Source of the DNA: Octopus vulgaris | Lineage: Eukaryota | Assembly: GCA_951406725.2 (NCBI GenBank) | Contig: OX597814.1 | Span: forward strand, 181,846,001 to 181,910,000 | Length of the DNA: 64,000 nucleotides | Direction: 5' to 3' | Part shown: positions 40,569 through 50,584 of the stretch, one piece after another | How the letters are laid out: the number at the start of each line of letters is the position of its first letter | Numbering within the stretch: the first letter of the stretch is position 1 | Translations under genes and position numbers: made by a program | Notes under the pieces: model-generated | Database searches by the model: none | What the model was told of the DNA's origin: nothing | Seen by the model: only the letters and a program-made list of their open reading frames with translations

Positions 40569-41452
40569 CGCTACATTTAGGCATATCAATAAACAATTGA
40601 ATTTGAAATAGAATATTCTATTTCTTTACCTTACAACAAAGGTAAATATTTTTGCTTCCTTTGTAATAGTGAAATGTTTTTTATCCTATTCTCAAAGAAA
40701 CCTCTTGTAAACACATTTATAGAACACGTTTATTGTTGCAAACATTGGCAGAAACGTACCTAACCTTTGACTGTCTTGTTACATTGCACTTCCTCTAAAT
40801 ATATCTACTTCCATTCCTTTAAGCTATATTCTAATTTATCTATTGCTCTATATCTCTCCACTGTTGGTTTTCTGTCAGTTTCTTTCTTTCTCCTATTTCC
40901 ATAAACTACCTTTGATGTTATATCTACTGACGGTTTAAAAAAAAAAATTGACAGCATTCCCTTCATCACATACACAGTCATCACATTCTGTTAAAATGTC
41001 TTATTGATGTGTTTGGTTTCTTTCTTTCCCTCATGATAAGATTGCATTGTTTTACACCATTTTATTCATTCTGGAATAATACCAATGTTGTCTTTGAAAC
41101 ATGTTGGAAGTAAAACAATTTGAATAACACCTGCGTTTAACTCTATTTATTTATCTATATTATACAAAACATTTTCCTAAACCTGGAGTTTTTATCTTTA
41201 TACATAGGCTGTTACATCCTTGTTACTTAGGTGAATTCTTGCTACCTTGGTAACTGTTTATTTTTTTCCATGTTATTTGTAAACACTGGAAGAAAAGCAG
41301 ACATACATTTATATATATATATATATAATGTATATATGTATATGTATGTATATATGTACTGTTGTGTCTGGGGAGAGTCATTTTCTTTTTGTGCCTTATA
41401 ATTTAACACACTCCTCCGGTAAAATTTCCACTTATTTCTTATTTTTATTTTC

Positions 41453-41489
41453 CTAGAATTTTTGTTGCGTCTTGCAACCTTTTCAATAG
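41453..41489 (-). ncRNA. Hammerhead-like motif with U3-A8 core (G12 lost in this copy)
   Basis: Minus strand: cta TTGAAAA g gttgc-aagac-gcaac AAAA at TC tag; CGAAA>CAAAA is consistent with CpG decay. Confidence 0.45.
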
Positions 41490-41639
41490 TCTTGACTCTG
41501 TCCGTTATAAATATATATGTATATTTATATATATATGTATATATATATATATATATGTATATTTATATGTGTGTATATATATATATGTGTATATGTTTAT
41601 ATATATGTATGCATGTGTATGTATATGTATGTATATAGG

Positions 41640-42310
41640 GGGAAAGTAAGAAAAATAGACGAAAATGCACATTGTAAAAAGTCTTTTTATGCAAGGTAAT
41701 GAAAAATATATACAATTTTGATGAACTGAGGTAGGAATAAAAGTAATAAAAGTCATTATTGTGAAATTATTAAAGAGATTCAAGCATACTGGTTTCGTAA
41801 GTTACTAATCATTGCTTTGAATACAACTATTCATTGTTTTTTGCTTTGAATACAACTATTCATTGGTTTGAATGCATACTGATTAATGGATGGTGTCAGG
41901 TCTAATAGTTCCTGAGAAAAAAGATTATTTGTAACTGAGGTAAGTGGTTCTGGATTTGGTGCAGTTAGGTTAGATATAGAATTGTAATGTGAATGGTGTA
42001 AGGGATGTATGGGAGTTAGAGGTATTAATTGCAAGGTTAGTAGTGTTCTGTATTATGTTATGTGTTCATATTTAGTTGGGGAAGATATTTATTGATGAAA
42101 GTTACCTCTTTATTCATTCTTTGTTGCATTGAGGTGTTCTGTGAACATTGATAAAAGGGGAAAATTTGGAAATTAGGATTAAGATTCCTAGCACACCTTT
42201 CTATGTGTTCACTAACCTGTAACTGTCTGTATTGTGGGTGGCAGATTTGTTCTTTGTGGATAGTGGTTCTTCGACGGAGTGATATCCCTGTTTGGCTAAT
42301 ATAGTTGCCT
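41640..42310 (-). mobile_element. Penelope-like element 3' end (GIY-YIG C-terminus + pLTR)
   Basis: Manual translation 42306-42058: NYISQTGISLRRRTTIHKEQICHPQYRQLQVSEHIERCARNLNPNFQIFPFYQCSQNTSMQQRMNKEVTFINKYLPQLNMNT*, homologous to 17.6-17.85 kb; absent from the ORF track. Confidence 0.85.
41782..41817 (-). ncRNA. Minimal hammerhead ribozyme, A3-U8 core variant
   Basis: Minus strand: aagca ATGATTA gta-act-tac GAAA ccag TA tgctt. Confidence 0.68.
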
Positions 42311-42699
42311 CAGAAAATTTAATCTATGCCATGACACGCTTAGGATGTGGTAACAACTATTCATCCCTTACACCATTCACATTACAGTAATTTTTCATTT
42401 TGGTGATGATAGTCTCTTTTAATCTGAAGATGATGATGATATGCTGTCAATGTCACATATCTGAAGATGTTGATCTGCAGCTTTCATGGTGATGCAGACC
42501 TGAGATGGAACTAGTTTATACTGAGGCTAATTGTTGAGTGAAACAACTTTGATGCATTTCAGAATTTGTCAATAATTGATTGTTAGTGGTTTCTTGATGT
42601 GCCATGACTGCTTTGCCATCAGCAAATACAAGGAGGTATCCAAATGTAACTGGAAATGTTCTCTGTGGGTCAGGCCCATTATAGTTCAGGCATCCACCA

Positions 42700-43932
42700 C
42701 TAGAAGCCACTTGATGTGACCTCCAGGCAGCAGTCTGCCAACCGGTGTTGTTGACTAATGTTGTACTGCCACGTGGTGCATCTTTGTTTTGCAGTGCTTC
42801 TCATCTGTTCATCGATTTCTGTGATGGCTGAAATGAAGGAACAGCATACCTCCCTGAAATTCTGTTTTCTGCTGAGGAAAATGGCAACCAAAATAGTTGT
42901 CATGCTTCAAACAGCTTACAAAGATGCTGCCATGAGCAAAACACAAGTTTACAAGTGGTTTTCATTCTTTAGGAATGGTGAGTTGTTGCTTGAAGACCAA
43001 CCTTGTTCAGGGTGACTGTTGACCTGCCAAACGAATGAAAACATCATGAAAATTCATGAACTGATCTTAGAGGACCATTGCTGAACAGTTGACAAACTTG
43101 TTGATATGACTGGTGTGTCCTGGAGCTCCTGCCAATGAATTCTGAGCAAGGAATTGTGAATGAAAAGAGCTGCAGCAAAATTGGTTTTGTGCCTTGCTTG
43201 CTCACAGAACTTAAAAAAACAGTAACAAGTGAATGTGTGTCGTGAACTGAAAGAACAGTTGCAAGTTGATCTGGACTTTTTATATGTAGGTCATCACTGG
43301 TGATAAATTCTGCTGCTACGGCTATGACCTGGAAATCAAGTCAATGGAAGCATTCAATGTCAACACGCCCCCAAAAAGTGTCAAGTCCAATGTCAAGATG
43401 ATGCTGATTTGTTTCATTGATGTGAAAGGAATTGTCCACACAAAATTTGTTCCTCCTGGTCAAATTGTTTACCAGATATTTACTTGGCAGTTCTGATGTG
43501 TTTGCAAGATGTGGTGAGGTTAAAATGCCACGACCTGTGGCAAAGTGGAGTGTTGTAATTTCATCATGACAATGCACCTGTGCATATTGCCTTGAGTGTG
43601 AGACAATTTTTTTGACCAAAAGTGGCATGACCCCACTTATCTTCCCTATTTGCCTGATCTTGCTCCCTGCAACTTTTTTTTTTTGTTCCCCTGAATGCAA
43701 AAAGTCCCCAAAGGAAAACGTTTTGCAGATGTGGAAAAGGTGAAAAAAACAACAGAGGTGTTAAAAAAAGCATCACTTCACAAGAGTCCCAGGACTGCTT
43801 CAAACAGTGGAATACTCGTCTGGACCAATGCATTGCTTCAAATGTAGAATACTTTGAAGGCGATAAAAGTATAAAGCTAAGTGAATACAATAATATTGCA
43901 AAATTCCAGTTTCTTTTGGGTACTCCTTGATA
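42700..43932 (+). mobile_element. Mariner transposon, decayed
   Basis: MAEMKEQHTSLKFCFLL..LQTAYKDAAMSKTQVYKWF HTH region, ITGDK, HHDNAP, PDLAPCNFF motifs; 3' TIR + TA at ~43932; left boundary uncertain. Confidence 0.9.
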
Positions 43933-44742
43933 GTGCTTCTTTGATAAATTTTTGGGGATTCTTGAGTATATTGAAAAGTGACAAAAGTTGCAGGGAGACT
44001 AGTCCAGATAGCATTAAACTGATTTCATTTTCTTCTTCATTACCATCATTTGTTTGAGAGAGTTAGTTGATACATCTCCCTTGTGATGTTCTTTATATTC
44101 TAGCTAAAAGGAAACTAGCAATCTAAAGGTCCAGTTTCAAGTGATGTGATTATTATTAATATTTTGGTAGATACAGTTAAGGAAGTAACTACCTTTGCTG
44201 TTTAAATACATTCTGTTGTTGATTTTACCTTTTATCTCTTCAGAGTCAGAAACATTGAATGCACATATTCAACAAATTTGCGGCCTTATGCCAAACTTAA
44301 AATCATTATTGGACTGCATGTCGGACAAAATGCTTAGCAGTATTTCTCCTGCCTCTTTGGCAGTTCAAAAGCTGCTGAAGTTGACTTTGCATTTCATCCT
44401 TTCAGGATTGATAAAATAAGTACCAGTCAAATACTGGGGTTGATGTAATCAACTTGATTGACTTAGTACCTTCCTTCAAAATTGCTGGCTTTGTGCTAAA
44501 ATTAGAAAGAATTTTAGAATGCTCTTAAATGGTTATTTATGAGAAGCTCATTTGTATTTTTTCAGTTTCTTCATTTCACTCTTTATTTCTTTGTTTCATT
44601 TTTTATAGTCAGCCTCATCTAATTGTGCACAATTATGGAATAAACTTATCCATTTCTGTGCTTTGATCATTTGTCAAAAATTAAAACACGTTTGACCTCA
44701 ATAGTGCACAAACTAATGAGCCACATAGTGACCATTCTCTTA

Positions 44743-44783
<41 letters not shown>

Positions 44784-44789
44784 ATGGAT

Positions 44790-45176
44790 GGAAGCACTCC
44801 GTCGGTTACGACAATGAGGGTTCCGGTTGATCCGAATCAACGGAACAGCCTGCTCGTGAAATTAACGTGTAAGTGGCTGAGCACTCCACAGACACGTGCA
44901 CCCTTAACGTAGTTCTCGGGGATATTCAGCGTGACACAGGGAGTGACAAGGCCGGCCCCTTGAAATACAGGTACAACAGAAACAGGAAGTAAGAGTGAGA
45001 GAAAGTTGTGGCGAAAGAGTACAGCAGGGATCACCACCATCCCCTGCCGGAGCCTCGTGGAGCTTTTTAGGTGTTTTTTCGCTCAATAAACACTCACAAC
45101 GCCTGGTCTGGGAATCGAAACCGCGATCCTATGACCGCGAGTCCGCTGCCCTAACCACTGGGCCATTGCGCCTCCA
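44790..45176 (-). mobile_element. tRNA(Arg)-derived SINE, 3' variant 2
   Basis: GGAGGCGCAATGGCCCAGTGGTTAGGGCAGCGGACTCGCGGTC..GGTTTCGATTCCC head (TCG at the anticodon position); (CCAT)n tail; in (TA)n. Confidence 0.85.
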
Positions 45177-45252
45177 TATATATATATATATATGTATATA
45201 TAGATGTATTACTTTCCAGTAAAATAAAGCCCCATATATATATATATATAAA

Positions 45253-45735
45253 AATTAGAGAAAAAACCCACTATTATGCAATTCAAACAATGATAGACAT
45301 AAACCGAATCATAAATAAACAATAAAATATATTTTTATAAAACATATTACTAGATCACAGAAAGTATAAAAATGAATAATATATGATAAGAAAAAATATT
45401 GTTTAACTATATTTGCTTATTTATTTAACTATTATTGTTAACCTGAAGAGTGACTATAATTTTAAATTGAATTGATTTTCGATTAAATTAAAATTTAATT
45501 GTAATTCAAAACGTACATAGTTTTTTTCTTATATATTGATTATTCATTTTCATACTTTTTGTGATCTAGTTATATGTTTTATAAAAATATATTTTAGTTT
45601 TTATTTATGATTTAGTTTATGTCTATCATTGTTTGAATTGCATAATAGTGTTTTTTTCTCTAATTCATATTGTGAAATTTGATTTAATACTAAATTGAAT
45701 TTTTCCCTGTAAGTTTGGAGTTATACTCCCTAATA
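45253..45735 (+). mobile_element. Short Penelope-type insertion with inverted pLTR and decayed hammerhead
   Basis: Arms ~45253-45395 and ~45521-45665 are inverted; CTGAAGA 45443-45449, long AT-rich stem II, CAAAA CGTACA TA; tail TTTTCCCTGTAAGTTTGGA..CCCTAATAT matches the reverse complement of 28950-28985. Confidence 0.72.
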
Positions 45736-45950
45736 TATATAATGGTACACATGCTTTTCTCAATCTATTCTCCTTCTCGCTGGACTTTTTCCTCTTTCTG
45801 ATGGTCACACCCACTCTTTTTTCCATTTCAAATTTTCTTTGAGTGTCAATCTAATATATTTACTGTGTATGTCCTTTTGATTTTTGTTTTTCCTGTTTTT
45901 ATTATTGATTTGCCTATATATCTATATATACGGGTGTGTGTATGTGTGTG

Positions 45951-45983
<33 letters not shown>

Positions 45984-48394
45984 CTGTATATTTATATAAA
46001 ATTTACTGATCGGCTATTGAATTTAGATTGGAGTTTTTATTTCACTATTTAGTTACTATTGTATCTGCAAATCATATTCAAGTTTTTCAAAATAAATAAA
46101 TGAAAAGTCTTGTATTAAACATGTTCATCTCATCTTTGAGGTGTTTGTTGATGACGGATTATATCTTACAGCATGATTCACTTTACATTAGAAGAATGGG
46201 CAAATTTGAAAATTTCATTACTGGTTCATTTTATGGTGTAGACTTAGATTTCTTATAATCTCCGCCACTTCTAATAACCTCTCGCCATGATCATCGGTCA
46301 TGTGAAAATGAATGTAACCAATACTGACACCTCTCCCAACCCACAATCTTTTGTATGATCCGCTGGGAACAACAAGCAACATAATAGCAATGTCTGTAGC
46401 TACATATGTTTCAAAGTGACAGGCGCAGAAGGAGAAGTGCCCATTAACACACACACACGTTTTGTCTGTTATTCTACTTGCCACTATGAGCATGCATCTT
46501 TTGTAAGTAAAAATTAGGTAGAAGAATAAGAGATGAAACAAAAAGAAAACATTATTGTTATCCTCATTTTACATCTGCTTACCATGATGGCATGGGTTGA
46601 ATGTCTTGGTCAGAGGAATATGTCTTGGTCAAATATCTCAAACTTCAGCTTGACTTCTATGGCTAGATGCCTTTCCTAACGGTGTAATGGGTGCATTTTC
46701 CTATGGCACCAGCACTAGAGAAGTTGTTATGTCTTCGGCAAGACTAAATATTTTTTTTTTTTTTTTTTTGTGAAAATGTTTTCTGTGACTGGCTCTCAGA
46801 GAATATGCATATATATCTAGAAAACCATAGCATATTCTAATGACAGATGTACATTAGCATCAAAAGAAAATTAGCGTGAAATTATTAAAAAAATATATCG
46901 CAATTATTTTACATTTGCAGTCTTTTTAAACGTACGCTGATCACTTTGTATTGTAGTATCAGTAATCTTTACCGTAATTTAACCGTAGATTATAAGTCAA
47001 TAACCACTGAAAACGTGAGAATGGCAGTTTACCATAACAATCTCAGTGGCAAAACAGTAGTATTTAATCAGTCTAAAGTGTATTACTAAGTTGTATCTTA
47101 ATTTGATGCACATTAAAAAGAAACAGTTCATCATTTATTTAAATCTACTTTCTACAATGTGTGGTATGTTGCTTATGTGTAAAATATTACAGGGTGGTGG
47201 TTGTGTATGGAATTTTTTTTTTTTGTGTGCAATTAATTTCATAGTATGATTTTTACCAAACCCATCTCAAGCATGCGTGTACATGTATGCATTCGTTATA
47301 GTTAAAAATATAATTATTTTCTATGTTACGTTTACTTTTTACTATCGAGTGTTGTATTACCCGCATTATGCCTGTGGTAACACGTGCATACTTATGTGCC
47401 CTCACATATATACACACGCATAGAGACTCATAGCCATGTAAATTGTATGTATGCGTACGTATGATTACATTTCACTATGGATATTTAAATGTTATGATTT
47501 ACATTCACGTAATATACACGCCTTCTTGAGGATAAAAACAATGTAATAATCTTTTCACAATTACCATACAATCAGTTATCGCAGTATTACGTAAACAAAA
47601 TGAATTTGAGGATACTAATTAACGGCTGAATTTTTGCTGCGGTGTACGTACGTATATTTATATTTAGGAATATATATATATATATTGAAATAACATTGAT
47701 AATTATCGTTACTTTCATTTTCAAATTATTGTATCAAATTTTATTTTTGTATTTCTTTGATGGGGGCTGGATAAAAATTAAGGTGAGACGGGGTTATAAA
47801 CACACCTTTAACATCAAGTCAATTCTACTGTTACATTGAGAAATCTAACAAACCTATATACGTCAGACCTTTTAATTATTTTCTAGGATTAGTGAATGAG
47901 CTTTCTTCACATTCCATTGATTTTTTTTTTCTTGTTCAAAAAGAACACAAACGCTTATTACAACGATTTTAACTGAAAAACTAACTGAATAATCTGCGTT
48001 AACTTTTTCCATTGTTAGCGACGCCAGGTTCATTACGCAATGCATTATGGTTAACTGCGGTACACAATCTAAATTCACACACACATTATGGCTTAACTGT
48101 TGTGCACTTTACTTTATATATGTGTGTGTGTATATATATTATATATGTATGTAGTATGTCAGGTTCATTACGCAATGGTTTATAATTTACAGTACACAAC
48201 GATCTTTTTAATTCAGTAGTGTATAAATTTCATATTAATGCGCCTGCACGCACACACACACACTTGTGTGTATGTATGCATAACTTAATAATCTTGAGTA
48301 ATTATATGTAACATTGAGTTATATAAAAAAAAGTTTTACATTAAACTGGAGGGTTACTCAATACCTTTTGTAGAGTATATATGTTTATACTTTT

Positions 48395-48476
48395 ACAAAA
48401 GGGTGGTGACAGTGACTTCGAAGTTCCAGACTGCTACAAGACGCAAACTTAAAAGTCATTGTCACCGCTCTTGTGT
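48395..48476 (+). other. ~31-bp stem-loop with G-U wobbles (pre-miRNA-like geometry)
   Basis: ACAAAAGGGTGGTGACAGTGACTTCGAAGTT pairs with AACTTAAAAGTCATTGTCACCGCTCTTGTGT around a 20-nt loop. Confidence 0.5.
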
Positions 48477-49319
48477 GTGAACATCAGAGATCATATCTTT
48501 CTAGTTAAAACACCGTCGGGAATTATTATTTTTCTTCTCAAACTATAATAGTATCAATTATATTTTTACATTTCTTTGTTGTGGAGATTATAAATGGAGT
48601 GGGTCAGGAATGGAATGCAGTATGTATCTTTCAGTTTCGGCTATTCTTCAAAAAATATTTTCCGTTTTTCTTCATTTTTTATTTATCGTCTCCTTCTCAA
48701 ATATTAACACCCCGCCTCACCATGTATCCGATGTTCTACTGAGTCATCTTTGCGAGGATTCAAAATGGCTACTCTACGAATAGAGGTATTGACCCGTTTA
48801 GCGTCCAAAGCTGTTTTTACTTGAAAAACGTGACAAGTTGTGCATGTGTGTGCGTGCGTCTTCAGCATGTCATAGTAACAAGGATCAAATAGTATCTTGG
48901 TGGTGATATCTGGATATGCTCAAAATGCACTTCTCAAATAGGTGCTTGCCAAACTCCTTAAAAACCGTTCTCAAATGAAACAGTAATAAAAGCTCCTGGC
49001 ACAAATTGTTTTGGTTTGTGCATCTGTAAAACATAATGACCACTATGATGGGTGTTAAACTGATGCATGGCACTCTAAACCTAAATCTGTTTCAAGGCTT
49101 ATTCATGCTGAGCTCCTTCAAAACTGGTCAATACTTGTGCAATGGATCTTGCACAAGGTGTTACACACACATACGTGCGCGCGCGCGGTTACAAAATTTG
49201 CTATTAGTAGAGACACCCAGCATTGCCTGGATGCCAAATATGTTGGAAGTTTTTTGTTATATCACGCATTGCAAGTTTTTACGCTGTGCCTTTTGTATAT
49301 GGTTTTATTCGCTTAGATA

Positions 49320-49705
49320 TGGCTGTGTGACTTAGTTCATTTCCAACCACATGGTATCAGGTTCAGCCCCGCTCTGTATCTTGGGCAAGTGTCTTCTACT
49401 ATAGACTGAGCTGAGCAAAGTCTTGTGAGTGAATCTGTGAGTCTGGTAGATGGAAACTGAAAGAAACCCATTGGATATGTGTGTGTGCCTCCTTATCTTG
49501 ACTTCATGTGGGTGTCACCTTTATACAAGTGTTGTTCATTTCCAGTCTGCCATGAAAATGTATTTGGGTAAGGAGAAATATTATCATGCTTGGAACTGGT
49601 GAGGGTAGGTGGCAGGAAAGGCATCAGACTAGAAAATCTGCCTCAACAAATTCCGTCTGACCCATGTGAACATGGGAAAAGTTGACCAAAAAAATGATAA
49701 TCGTG
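49320..49705 (+). mobile_element. SINE family A head with RTE-type tail
   Basis: CCAACCACATGGT..TTGGGCAAGTGTCTTCTACTATAG..GGAAACTGAAAGAA head; tail GGCATC..TAGAAAATCTGCC..GACCCATG..CATGG..GATAAT. Confidence 0.7.
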
Positions 49706-50237
49706 ATTTTTATTGCAATGTTTTACTTCATATATTTTATTATAGTGCTAAATTGATATTATACTTACACTTTATAAAATAATAAAAATAATAATAAAAG
49801 ACACAATATAAAACCAAAAACGAAAAATTCAGATGTCACTATTAGTGACTGAGAGTGCAGGCAAGCACCTATATTGCTAGAAACAAATCATACACACACA
49901 TACACAGATGTATATACATAAACGTGTGTGTGTGTGTGTATACACACACATATATACATATCATTTAACGTTCATTTTTCATGCTGGCATGGGTTAGATG
50001 GTTTGACTGGCGTTGTAAGCTGGAGAGCTGTCCCAGACTCCAATCATATACACACATGCATGTATACGTAAATACCTCTTTATATATAAGCATTTGTTGA
50101 ATTTGGCTCACTCAAAATAGACGCCTCTTAAAATTTACTACTCAATAAAATGTTATTCATGTAATCTATATTCTTTAAGGACTTGACACTATAATCATGT
50201 CTGTTTATTATATGTGTGCGTGTATGTATGTATGTGT

Positions 50238-50424
50238 GTGTTTGTCCCCCAACATCGCTTGACAACCGATGCTGGTGTGTTTACGCCCCCGTAACTTAGT
50301 GGTTCGGCAAAAGAGACAGATAGAATAAGTACTAGGCTTACAAAGAATAAGTCCTGGGGTCGATTTGCTTGACTAAAGGCGGTGCTCCGGCATGGCCGCA
50401 GTCAAATGACTGAAACAAGTAAAA
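50238..50424 (+). mobile_element. SINE family A 3' half (CR1-like tail)
   Basis: TTTGTCCCCCAACATCGCTTGACAACCGATGCTGG..GGCGGTGCTCCGGCATGGCCGCAGTCAAATGACTGAAAC. Confidence 0.85.
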
Positions 50425-50551
50425 CAGTATATAAATAAATACCCACTTTTCCATGCTTTTGAGATAGATTTTCTTTAGCTGGATACCCTCCCTAACCCTT
50501 ACATGTTTCCGAGCAAGGGAATATCTCATTGTCTCAATATGTTCTTGCAGC

Positions 50552-50584
<33 letters not shown>

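Noticed and set aside
33403-40611. Very long ORFs (up to 948 aa) rich in Y/I/M/C/V
   Set aside because: Translations of TA/TG satellite lacking stop codons in all frames; not genes.
44195-44419. 74-aa ORF with signal-peptide-like start
   Set aside because: Non-ATG start, and its 3' half is a degraded family B SINE.
45100-45176. tRNA-Arg-like gene (also at 13401)
   Set aside because: Continues into a SINE body with a microsatellite tail and lacks a proper acceptor stem; SINE head, not a tRNA.
45795-45815. Additional hammerhead at CTGATGG
   Set aside because: No stem II or GAAA follows; at most a deleted pLTR remnant.
46218-46541. 107-aa minus-strand ORF as an annotated CDS
   Set aside because: No recognisable domain, non-ATG start, includes a (TG)n run; kept only as a weak hypothesis.
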